Source: Tubiluchus corallicola | Lineage: Eukaryota > Animalia > Priapulida | Direction of reading: 5' to 3' | DNA length: 64,000 bases | Assembly (NCBI GenBank): GCA_030141605.1 | Contig: JAQGDQ010000390.1 | Span: forward strand, 124,001-188,000 | The notes under the pieces: generated by a model | What the model was told of the DNA's origin: nothing | Database searches by the model: none | Seen by the model: the letters and a program-made list of their open reading frames with translations, nothing else | Translations under genes and position numbers: made by a program | Shown: piece by piece, positions 1-13,300 of the stretch | How positions within the stretch are numbered: position 1 is the stretch's first letter | How the letters are laid out: each line of letters opens with the position of its first letter

Positions 1-59
1 AAATACAACACTATGAAGCTCTATAACTTTTTTTAATTGGCTACAGAAAAGATATTTTC

Positions 60-362
60 ATAGTACCAAACTCCACGTGGAAAACTCTTTCTGTATCAAA
101 TTTTCTTAGTGCCAAACTTTTTCAGTACTAAACTATCCTAGCACCAAATCCGTTCCGCACCATCTTTACTCTGTATCAGGTTTACTTGTACCAAAAATGT
201 TTGACAAAAAGTTGCCAGTACCACATTTTCCCTGTACGCATTTTTTAGTGCTAAAATTTCCCTATACCAAAAATTCCTAATAGCAAATTTTCCCAGTACC
301 AAAGTTTCCTCGTACCAAAATTACCGCGACCAAGTTTACCTGTACCAAATTTACTGCACACC
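60..362. repeat. Subterminal array of about 15-bp degenerate repeats (accaaattttcctgt-like), probably the end of a non-autonomous DNA transposon
   Basis: Repeated tacc(a)aa(a)ttt-type units ending in ...tttactgcacacc. The other end is not identified in the window. Confidence 0.45.
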
Positions 363-1326
363 GCATAATATTGTTATGTATTTACGACCAACAGACAGAG
401 TTTAGTAAACATGTGCCAGATACGACTTTATACAGGCTTGAGCGCCGATAACAAGGTTACGTAGATAAGAGTAATAAGTTTTCACTTAACTATGCAATGC
501 TTTATTTGTTTACTACGCCGATCGTGTAAACACACCTGTAAGGCACGCTAAATGCATTCATTCGTATTCCATCACATTTAAATAATCACATTTAACCGTA
601 ATTTTCAAACATTAGTCAACATTACCTATAAATAACCGTTTAACATTCTAGAGATTGGTCATGCCATCGTTTCGTCTGCGCAGGCTAAGTAATTCATATA
701 ATATATTACATCATTTAAGAACTTGCCCTGAGCCATGTGCTTTGGTTTATCATTGTGCAAAAAATTCCATTGACTTGAAAATATATCATATAATGTCTTT
801 ATACAACAAGGAAACCTAAAAATGCATTTACAACAATACAATGGCACAAGTACATGTCAAACTCCCACATGCAGTGCTAGCGCTTATATTAGACTAGTAT
901 CACAGCAGACAAGACTAACATGTTTTTGCGAAAAAATATTTTCTGAGGGTGATCGATTAGTTGACGGCCGTCACGAAGTCATTTTTTCACCATAGAATCA
1001 TAGTGTCATACAAAAGTTAGTTCTTCACAAACTTCTTGATTGATCTGTCTGATTAAAAGTCCATTTCATTCATAATGTCAGGAAGTACTATGTGTCTCCA
1101 CTAAATTGGAGAGTTTTGTTTCTTAGTGTTCTTAACAATGCTTTATTAGCCTTTAGGCAAAAACAAGAAGTCAGTTCATGATTACATCTTCTTGGATTCT
1201 TCGTGTAAATCTGGATCTCATAACAGCGAATCAGCTGCTAGTTTTTTTCTAGCACAAAAAAGTCACATGTGACACATCACAGTCTGGCACACATGAACTG
1301 CATTTTAGCTACACAAGGATCTCAGA

Positions 1327-4300
1327 TCAAAATTTTGTCTGTTCTACATTTTGATCCACCTCACTCTGCTGGTAGCCATAGTTCTCGTAACATTCACTCG
1401 ATGATTCACTGTCGGGCAGGTCTTCGAAGAGCGGTCCCTTTTGTATGCAGTAAGCTGTGCTGTAAAAAACTGCAGATAATAGCAAGGTGATAATCGACAA
1501 TCCATGAATCACAAAACGAAACTTTTCCTTGTCATAGATCCAGCACGCTCCAGTTTTTCCACATTCATCTTCTTGCCACAGAATGCAGGTGCTGTCAACG
1601 AGGGCACCGGAGATTAGTGGACCAGGAATATATGCTGAAAGTGCAAAACTGCTTAAAAATTTCAGTCTTAGAGCTTGTTTAACTCGAATTGATTTTAATT
1701 CTAATTTTAACACTGCATTGTGTGAAATCTAGTATTTGGGCAAAAGGCCTTCTGAAAGAAATCTAAAAATTGGACGAAAAGGTCTTCTGAAAGAAATCTA
1801 AAAATTGGACAAAAGACCTTCTGAGAGAAATCTAAAAATTGGACAAAAGGCCTTCTGAAAGAAATCTAAAAATTGGACAAATGGCCTTCTGAAAGAAATC
1901 TAAAAATTGGACAAAAAGGTCTTCTGAAAGAAATCTAAAAATTGGACAAAAAGGTCTTCTGAAAGAAATCTAAAAATTGGACAAAAAGGTCTTCTGAAAG
2001 AAATCTAAAAATTGGACAAAAAGGTCTTCTGAAAGAAATCTAAAAATTGGACAAAAGACCTTCTGAAAGAAATCTAAAAATTGGACAAAAGGCCTTCTGA
2101 AAGAAATCTAAAAATTGGACAAATGGCCTTCTGAAAGAAATCTAAAAATTGGACAAAAAGGTCTTCTGAAAGAAATCTAAAAATTGGACAAAAGACCTTC
2201 TGAAAGAAATCTACTAATTGGACAAAAGGCCTTCTGAAATAAATCTAAAAATTGGACAAAAGGCCTTCTGAAAGAAATGTAAAAATTGGACGAAAAGGTC
2301 TTCTGAAAGAAATCTAAAAATTTGACGAAAAGGTCTTCTGAAAGAAATCTAAAAATTGGACAAAAGGTCTTCTGAAAGAAATCTAAAAATTGGACAAAAG
2401 GCTTTCTGAAAGAAATCTAAAAATTGGACAAAAAGATCTTCTGAAAGAAATCTAAAAATTGGACGAAAAGGTCTTTTGAAAGAAATCTAAAAATTGGACA
2501 AAAGGCCTTCTGAAAGAAATCTACAAATTGGACAAAAGGCCTTCTGAAAGAAATCTAAAAATTGGACGAAAAGGTCTTCTGAAAGAAATCTAAAAATTGG
2601 ACAAAAGGCCTTCTGAAAGAAATCTAAAAATTGGACAAAAGGCCTTCTGAAAGAAATCTGGACGAAAAGGTCTTCTGAAAGAAATCTAAAAATTGGACGA
2701 AAAGGTCTTCTGAAAGAAATCTAAAAATTTGACAAAAGGCCTTCTGAAAGAAATCTAAAAATTGGACAAAAGGCCTTCTGAATGAAATCTAAAAATTGGA
2801 CTAAAGGCCTTCTGAAAGAAATCTAAAAATTGGACAAAAGGCCTTCTGAAAGAAATCTAAAAATTGGACAAAAGGCCTTCTGAAAGAAATCTAAAAATTG
2901 GACGAAAAGGTCTTCTGAAAGAAATCTAAAAATTGGACGAAAAGGTCTTCTGAAAGAAATCTAAAAATTGGACAAAAAGGTCTTCTGAAAGAAATCTAAA
3001 AATTGGACGAAAAGGTCTTCTGAAAGAAATCTAAAAATTGGACAGAGAGTCCTTGTGAAAGAACTTTGAAAATGTAATTAAAAGTACACAAATGCAAAGT
3101 ACAGTTCTTGTTTAATCAAAGTTTCATGTTACTGAGATACAACCAAAGGAACTCTTCTGCAGTGGCATTTTCGATAATTTTGTTTAATTCATCAAGGATT
3201 TACAACTAGATCTACAGTTATCAAAATTAAATAGTAATGTATTAATACTTACTAAGAACACAAATAAGAACTCCCGAAAGAGCCAATGCTAGTGGCTTGT
3301 TGTCTTTTTCCACACTCCTAAAACCAAACAAGTTTGATGAATTTATATCCAAATCCAAGAACATGTATCACTTGACTATGCCTGGACCAGCACAATTTAC
3401 TCATGTGTGACTGAACAGTTTACCCAAGCTTTCACGTTTTGGCTCATATATTGGATCCTTAAACGATCCTAGCATTTTAACTGTACTGTTGTCTGCGGCC
3501 CTATCCTAGATGTATGCCCTGCAAGTTTCATGAATTTATGTGCTCTCAATGCCTCAAATTCAATGAGTAACATAATGACTAAATCACTGTGTATGTGGGT
3601 TCTTTCTTCCACAAAACCAGAAAAATATTCTAGATAATATTATAAACATTAGAAATGTACTCATCTTGAAAACCTGTACCTGAACTGAATGACAACGCCA
3701 GCCACCTCCGCAGGTGTCCCAACCATGGAACTGACCATCATCAAGATAATGTACAAGACTAATTCTAAGTTACATGACACATTGCAGCGTTTCTCCTGGG
3801 CAGTTCCTGTTATATTTGGATCATCCGGGTCAGTGATGCACGCACAGTTATTGTATATCTGCAATTTACATGTGAGAACACATATTTGCTGTTTACAAAA
3901 GCACAAATAAAAATAATGACTTGAGGTTACAAGTGTAAAATTAGTTCCGTACTGTTAAAATGTATTGAGACGGTTTACAAGTTACCAGCCTTAAAGGAAA
4001 GCCGGATGATTGTGTAAACATTAGTTCAGAATAAAGAACGCTCTAAAATATTGAAAACTACAATAGCTTTTTTGAAATCAAAGCTTAGATTAAATAATAA
4101 TTACCTCGGATACTCGAATTTCAGTAAACTTTCAAAGATACGCGCAGCTCAGTGAATCTACTAAGATTGGCAATGGTGCCTTTTTGTCAATTCGAGTGGT
4201 CGACAAATAGGAGGCGGTACCGTGATAACCATGATCATGAACTGCTGTGTTAGTTTCATGACGTCATATGACGTAGAGCCAATTTTTCGTGACATTACGT

Positions 4301-7300
4301 GTTTAAGCAGTAACACTTACGCAAACACGCTTGACGCGCAAGGGAAGATGCCTGCCATTGCACAAACTGTGGTTAGTTTGTGACGTAAGCAATAGCTGTG
4401 TTCAGTTACCGTTAATTAACTTTCTAAGCTAATTATTCAAATATAAGAAACAATTGCTAACTTTTATAGGCAAGAAAGTGTACATTTTGGACAGCAAATT
4501 AAAATGAGATTGAGTCTAAACAATCATCCAGTTTTCTTTAATGTTCCCAAAATGCAATTTCTTTTTCATTATAGCTCATTCACGTTTTGACTAAATATGA
4601 GAAAACTCTTTGGACCCATGCAGACATGCAATTTTAAATTGCGCAACTGTTGGTATTGAGTTTGAAGGAAGACGTTGTTTGTATTTGCGCATTATTAATT
4701 GACAAAAAGACAAAGAAATTCTGGAAATATTGATCGCACCTAATAATTAGCCAGTGATTAATGAAAGGACAATTCTCAAGCTCTATAATATTATAACGAC
4801 TTACGGGCTCACTCTAGTAATTCCTTAGTTATTATCGGATAAGTCCAAATAGTTTTGACGAACTTTTGAGTATTGGACAATATTGGACAATTTATCACTT
4901 ATAGGAACATTAGCTGGAGAACACTCTGGAAGAGGAGCATCCCTCAGTAATTTATGGTACTACATCATCGTTAGGGTTAGGGCAGCAGCGTGCTTAAAAT
5001 TTTCTCGCTAAAACCAATAAAATTTGCTACATTCCATTAAAGCCCTGATGCACTAACAAGCAGTGGGCAATAGAAACGTGTTCATTGCACCGAGTTGTGT
5101 TTGCTTTTCGATTTAAAAATTTGCATTTTGATCTAAATTTTCTGAATTTGTCACTGATTTTCTTGAAAGATAGTAGCAGAGATGGTAACAATGATTTATG
5201 TTCATTAATTTGCATTTCTTTTCTCTTTTTTGTGTGTTTTGCAGTGCCTTTCCAAAAGATTCTGCTTTTATCTCATGTTTAATTATTGTGTTCTGATTAA
5301 AAGTTGCACAATTAAAAACTTTGTCTGAGCGCTCTCATTAAAAACAGTACATTACAAAACAGTTGCACAACTAAAGTGTTTCAGCCCAGATTGCAATAAT
5401 TTTTAATTGCACGATTTTTAGTTGCATATTTCTGTCCACTTTCATGGGCTTTAGTTATTTAAAGATTCTGCAATTTTTAATTTTGCAACTGAAAATTGCA
5501 TGTCTGCTCTGGGCCTTACAGTTCAGAGTGAGTTCAAACAAATTTCAGTACCAGTTATATCATATTTAACATTACTGGTCGTTTTACACTTACCAGAGTA
5601 TCATCTAATGATATGCTGCTTGTACAGCCTGCATGACAACTGCTAAAATATGTCTTATTGTCGATGCCGCAAACTGGTGAATACGAGAGCTTGTTGCAAA
5701 GGCAGTTGACATTACAATCCATTGTTACGTTCAGCCTGTTTAAAACAACAAAAACCACTGAATCACACATTATTACTCACTGCCAATAGTAGGCATTTAA
5801 TTTAAGCATTTGCAGCTGACAATGCTGATGCCACTTCTCCTTTCTGTGTTCATACCCTTGACATGTGTGGAGTGGACAAGACTGAATGAATTCAGATCCA
5901 AATCTGCGGGGGCGATCGTGTTTATCACTTGACTGTGACTGGTTCAGTTTGTCAAAAACTGTAGATTATTATGCTTCATCTGTGACTGACCAGTTATGCA
6001 TGAGCTTGTAGCTAATTATCACCTGCCTGGTGCAGTTTACTCACAATTTCTGTAACTAGATAGTTTGTAATAATTTTCACATTTTGATTCCCGTCTTGGG
6101 CCTTTAGTGATCTGTTTAGCCATACTATTGTCTAAGCCCTTACCTCCGGGTTCTACCCCAAAAGCTTCATGACTCTAAGAACAGTAGTTTAATAGTTATT
6201 AAGGTTCGTATTATATAATAATCGATACCTAACGCAATAATAAAATGAAAAATCAAAGTAGGAGCTTCTGTAAACTCCAGTGCACATAGATTAGGAATGT
6301 TGTTTGGAAAATATGGGGCATACAATTGTAAATCAGAGGTTGTCATTACGACAGTGCCGCTATTCATCAACTTTCCCATTTTTGCAACTTCCACTCCAAT
6401 TAACTTTACTTAACTAGTAAAAAATAGCTCTCTAGAGATTCTCAGTCTTCCCACTTGCTGTGCTAAATTATTGTTTTGTAGAGTCTTTCTGTTGAAGAAA
6501 CTTGACCAACTGGAGAACACATGAACAGAAATTTGAGGTTCCTGATTTTTACTTACATGCCGGTATCGGGGTCCTGTTCTCCTGCATAGTCGAGTTCTGT
6601 ACAGCCAATCAGCATCATTGGAACATACATCAAGAGAACACTTAGAACACAGATGAGGATCATAGTCAGTCCGCCTTTTGGTAGCATTCGATATCTGCGC
6701 ATGATGAAACCCCCGAGTAGTAAACCAACACACATGAATACTCCCCATGCTCCTGAAAAAAATGATAGAGGAATCAGTATGGTATCGGGTTTAGAGGGTT
6801 GTAAAAGTTACCCAGTTTTAGGAACTAGTTCCACTTCCTGGCTATCTGGCAAGAATAGGAACTAATTTCAGATTCAAGTTCCTCAGTGGAAAAGGGAACT
6901 AATTCAAGTTCCTAGTTTCTTCAACTTCTTGGAAAAGGAACTAGTTCCAGTTCCAAAAAATGGCTACTGTTTCGTGGCTAATTATGAACAGCGACATCCA
7001 AAGCTGATGATCATCCCTGTATTTACAAAAGATTACAAAGATCAGTCATGTAAGGTGAAAGGAGATCTGACAGCTAAATCATAATTTTATAAATGCTCAT
7101 ATGAACTTAGATGTTACTGTAACACTATAAATGCAAGTTTTCAAAAACGAATGCATAACTCGTGATACAAAAGTAGAAACAACAAAATAAGGCTGAACGC
7201 CTTTGACTACTCCCATCAGGACAGGGTGAGATATATTTAACCACGCGCAGACATGATTTTAGAATTCTACTCTGGATATGTCTATGCCCAGCCGAAGTAA

Positions 7301-10300
7301 GATCATTCCGGAAGTCAAGGAAGATCAGTAATTACAATTAATTATTAATCTTCAATTCAATTCAAATTCGTTTCTTTAATGGATTGCTGATTAATAGTAG
7401 CTGACTTGATAACCAATTACTGGTTTTTCACTACCCTTTGGTCCTGCACCCCCGAACACTTTCCTTTATGCATAATTTATCCTGGTTAATTATTAATTAT
7501 AGCAATTATAGTCTATTTGTATTCTGGTGTAAATGAGGAGATAAATAAAAAATGTCTCTATGTCTGTGTATATAGATATTGGATACTAGATCAATTATAA
7601 CTCTGTTCTCAGTTATAGTCACCCGATTTTCTGAATTAATAACTTTTTGTGTTGTCACCAAGTAAAGTGTCAACAAGAGCACATCAGGCTGTCAGGCTGA
7701 AATCAAGAGTCTTACCTGCAGCTGCTGAAGCGGCTGAAGCTGTCAAATGAAATTGAACCTCAAGATACTTCGGTAGGAAGAGAAAGTAAGCGACTAGCGT
7801 GTAAACTTTGAAACAGATTCCTAACGTAACACACATGTAGACCACATTGGTGAACAGCTTGCATAATCTTCTAGCTAATTCTGAAAAAAAACAGAAGTGA
7901 AAAGATTGGCAAAGCGAGTTCGTTAAACCCGAAACATGTTGTACACACGACAAAAAAGATTGTAACCAGTCTTCGCTCTCGCGAAAACCTGTTTTTTGGT
8001 TCAGAAGTATGTTCCAGTGATGAAAGAAGGAGCATGGATCTTATCTTGAATTTGTAATGCACTGATCAGCAACATGTGACCTTTCTAATTAGAAGGTTTG
8101 GTTGAACACTCTTAAGTTCAATTTTGTTTCAGAAGTTAGAACCGAGAAGAAACCAAAGTATTCATAAAGTAGTTGGCAAAAACTTAGTTGAAATTTGCAT
8201 TAAGCTACAATAATTGGTGGCAAAATTAATGATAATAATCACATTAATAGCAATGGCAATAATCATGGCACTGTTCATGAGAAGGTAATGATGATCAAAA
8301 TGACTGTGGGGTGAATTGCCATGGAGTGCAATAGCAAGGGTATTAGTAGCTAGCAGTAGGTAAAATGAGGTGGCACCCATCAGATAATCTTTTTTTGCCC
8401 TAACGTTTGTACTGTTTTGGATTTTTTCACAAGTGAAGGGATAACTGAAAACAAACTAGTAGTTTAGTTAGATTTATAGTTAAATTATGCTGCCCTATCT
8501 TTACCTTTTGGATGTGATTTAAGATACTCTAGCATGTTTATTGTGTCATTCTCTTCAGTTGGTGACGTTTCGGCAGTCTGTGAGGGTAAAGTTCCATTAA
8601 GTTCTTCACCTGAAGAAATATTCTTCTTAGATAGTTTTGGTGACAATGTTGCTAACTTGTCAGTCGCAGCAGCAGCTGCATCTGCTGCTTTGCTTTCAAC
8701 CCCAGTCGGACCATAATTTGTTGATTCATATTGAACTACTTGCTTGTGCTGTTCTGGTGCAAAACCCAAAATGTCGGACTTTTGTTTTGGCACAACATAG
8801 ATGTCCGTCGCTCTGCTGTCAACACCAATTAGACCATTGCATGTCGGTTCATCATATTGCACTTCTTGCTTCTCTCCTTCTGATGTAATACCTGGAATAT
8901 CTGATTTTTCTTTGGGTACAATGTAGACATCTGTAGCAGGACCTTCATCATTCTTGATGCTAGCTGTGCATTTGGCTTCTTCCACATCATCTAGACGGCG
9001 TTTTCCTGGTAGGTGAACAGGAAACGAGGCAGCAAGTGGGAATGTTAGAAAGGTAATGATAAAGAACACAATTGGCCCGAACCACCATGCTCCTATCCAT
9101 TTGGGATCTGACGGATCAAGATCTGTGTCCGCTGAAAAAATAAAATTAGGATAATCATAAAAATGGCACAAAAAAGAAACTGCAGCATGCCAACATCTCA
9201 TTATACAACAAGAAATCAACCTTGCTTCATCTAGCCAAGACCACTTAATGCAAATGGTCTTGCTATACTAGATGATGACCAGGGCCTATTTCAAGGGGGG
9301 GAAGTGGGGATACTTCCCTGGGGCCTCACCCTCCAGGGGGGCCTCGCGCCAAGGTAACATTATTTTTTTTGCTTTATGCGAACATACTGCATAACTCCTT
9401 ATTTTCTCTTCGAAAATGCTTCTCCGGCGTTCTAGCACTTCAAAAATTTTCTGGGTGCCAACCATGGGCCCTGATGATGACTGCCACATAATTTTTTACA
9501 GCTTAGACAATTTAGTGCAAACGGTCTTGGATTTGATAAAAGATGTTATCTGTCACACTGTTACTCAAGTCACTATGTTACATCTATGAGTTTCATGCTA
9601 TGTATTTGACCTGGATCATAACGTAAATTAAAGCAGTAAGGTGAACTAGCATTTTTGCAGGAAGTGAGGCCAAGCTTGGTCAATGGTCAACTTGCAGTTT
9701 ACTGTCTCACAGTATTTATTTGAGTGTATAACTGAGTGTATTTTAGAAATGAAACGTTACTCTTAAACTATAATTTCTAGAACAGTGGTACATTTTGCTC
9801 TGTATCTTTTTTGCGCACGTGTAAGGAAAATTAAACAGACTACGTATGCTTCTTTGACTTCTTTCCCTGTTGTTACAGGTAGATCATTAAAAATTACAGT
9901 GAACACTACTCTTAAAACACATTACAGGTCAAATCAGATATTATTATAGGGCCCGTATCTCCTTCGTTTACATAAGAGTGCACTAGCACTTACGTACAAG
10001 TACTGTTTGTGTTAAAACTGAAAACATTAAGCTTACTATCTACTTTAACTTTGCCATACAACTGAACCTAAGATAAGCAAGTTACTATTATGATTCTATC
10101 ATGAAATGAAAAAAGTTTATGTAAACAAAATGGAGGATAAGTGATAGGGTATTACGAGTCACTAACCGGAAGGTGCTGTTTGATGCACGAGTCTTATTGG
10201 CGCAATTTTTCCATGTCGCGCAGCCTTTGTTTCCTTTTTTGCCTACTCAATGATTCAATGCACTCTTTGACTCAATAAACTGAGCAGCTTAGATGAAAGA

Positions 10301-13300
10301 TTTAAAATGACTTGAATTTGCACTATGGTGACTAATATTGTATTTTCAAGTGGAAGGTACATAAATTATAAACCATTAAGACGCAATCATAAGCTCTCCC
10401 GTCTTTAGTAGATTTGACTTGGCGGCCTTCCATCCGCAATTCCATGCATGGAGTGTCATGCACACAAATTAAAATAGATGTAATTGGATGTAAGATGTGA
10501 GTGTACATATGAACACATACAGATACATAAGACTGCTCTGTACGTGTTTCTATGTACACTGCCAGAAGCTATAAGCCAGAAGCGTCTCCGAAAACGTCGG
10601 TTCGTTTTCTTTCCTTAAACTTGTACAAAATTTAAAACGTCCACGTATCCATTAATTATTTTAAAAATTATAATCTCTCCTGGATGAGAATGACTAAGCA
10701 TAAGCTGTTGTTTCTTTCTTTTTACTTGTGACGAGAACTTTAATAATTGGCCATTCAGCTTTTTACAGATATCGTGTCCTATTTGGGAAATTACCATCAC
10801 ATTGTTCACAGAACTGCATGATAAATTATTGTGGTGAAACCAGAATGTAATTAGTTATCAAGAATTATTTTCTGAGCCGAGATACTAGTTTTCTGCATGG
10901 TAGAGATGTTTTAATCACATGCAATTGTGACAGATAAAATAGCATTGCGAAGGTCACTCATCCAGTTACTAACTAATCTGCATTCCTTAATTTTGCAGCC
11001 AAAGACACTGCAGCTGCTCAGTTATTCGCTTAACCCTTGTATCTACTCAGCTACTCCCTGCGTGTTAACTCGTGAACGGCCTCTAATCCGTCTAGATCTT
11101 TGCTCAAAATTATGTCGTTCTAATAAGAAATGAGCTACGTCATCCCACATTTTTGTAAATGAAAACAGGATGATTTTTCATATCCTGCTCTGATCTGAAG
11201 TATGGTAGAAAGTGTACCATTTTAACACCTATAATAATGCCAAAGTATAACGGGCAACAAGTGAAACAAACTATGACGTCAGAAGGAACATATATTTTAA
11301 TGGCAGAAACCACGAGCGTGTTGGACATAAGTGTGGGAAAGCGAAACTTGAAGTACGATTCTACTGTGTATCATTGACTAAGATACATAAAAATTGAACA
11401 AATTTATGTTTAAAAATGCAAATTCCACGCTTGCCGCTGATTTCACCACGAAAGTGTGCTACCTTAGAAACGAACTGATAAGTACAGCGCGTGTTTTTGT
11501 GAAAGGCAATTCCGAGATGTAAGCGCTGTGTCCATCAACTAGCGAATGGCGCAATGCATATAACAGGGCGCGAATTTGAAGCAAAACTTCAGAGATGACA
11601 GTTCACGTAAGCCACTCTTAAAAACAATTATTCTCTTTCAGTGTTTTGTGCAAACATCCAAAAAAGTAGAGGTGAATTTGACCTAATTAATCTTTTAGAA
11701 CATCACTTTTCCTCTAGTTACAAAGGCTGTCCTGCCCAACAATGTAGAAGAAATTTCAGGCGGTTCGACGTTAGTTGATCATAGCTGTTAGAACAAGAAG
11801 GCAGTGATTTTATTCACTCTTGCAATGGAATAAAAATTGATATTCAGTAGCCGATTGCACTCTATGCCTACAAACATCTCAAGTAGTAAGTAATCGTTAA
11901 TCAAAGGGTTAACTTTTTTATCATAAGATGTTTACTATTTTATCATAGCGTGTGCCAGAACCAGTCTAACACCGCAAACAACGTTGGCAAATAAAACAGC
12001 ACTACGTAGAGTACATCCGCTAGGTTGCTGTGTTCAGAATTGGCAGTTCGCGAGGTGAAGATTATTGACATGAACTTTAATAGAACTTCAGAGAGCAACA
12101 TAACAAAGAGGGAGTCACCGCGCGGTTTCGTGAAGTTGCATCATCTCCTTGCATGAAAAAATGAAGCCCCGAATCTCGCTGCGTTTTGAAGAATTAAATT
12201 TCACACACGCGTAAAGGAAAAGGCTAATTGTAGTACGCTGTTTTAAGCCACTTAGACTTAAACGCCGCGCGTAGGCACACTATTTTAAGAACCAATTACG
12301 CACGCGCTGTGAACGAATTAGATTCTATGAAGGAGTTTTACGCGGCACACGCTTTTCTTTGCGTTAGACGTGTGAACGAAAATTTCGAATACGTAGCGAC
12401 AAGTTTCGATTAAACACAAGCTATTATTTAGCAAGCAAGAGATCGAGTTGCCTCTTTTAGATGTAACTTATTCTTCTTTAATTCTGTCGTAAAACCTATG
12501 TTCAGTCAGTAAGTTCTACAATTGTTCAGTGAAAAATGACAAGTCAGCGATTTGACATCCTAATGACTGTCTAATGACAAATTAAAATTTTACTGCTTCC
12601 TATAATAAATGAATGTAATATGTCCCAATTTTATCGTAACGCTAACGATGATAATTAGTTTAAACATAATTTATAACAGAATTGGATCAGGCAGTTGCAA
12701 AACATGATTTAAGATCCTCACCATAGCAAACTGTATACATTATTTACGAAACATTTACACAACATAATTAGCCTATGAGGCGATGACAGCACTCCTATCC
12801 TATTTGTCTGGTTGAAAGGAAAGAACTAAAGATGAGGACTTAAGGAGCAAGGAAAAAGGAAAACGCACAAAAAAGAAGAAGAGAAGAGCAAATCGAAGGA
12901 AGAAGAAAAATCGAGAGAAAAAATTTAACTAAGAAGTAAAATAATAACCAAACGAAGAAATGGAAAAAAATGATTAATAGATAATAATTTATAAGCAAAT
13001 GAAAAAACAAATAATTTTTTGTTACTTTTTAAAAGAAAAAATAATGTTCTCGTGAAACTGGCATTTGTCATCATTTCTTGTGATAGTTATAACAGCATTA
13101 ATTATTTTTATCAATTAATGCTAGTGTATTTTTTCGAAATAAGCATTTTTTTGAAATTTCGTTTGTTCGAACTTTTAAAGAAAGTAACGGTCTTTCCAGA
13201 GTCATGATGATATGCAGGAGTGTAACCAGGTTCTAGGTTAGGGGAAGCAACTATAAAAAATACGCCGTGACATATGAAGCAATTGTTTGTCTATGCCACA

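Noticed and set aside
1738-3065. Regular array of about 35-bp units resembling a CRISPR array
   Set aside because: Units are head-to-tail with no unique spacers, the context is a eukaryotic intron, and there are no cas genes.
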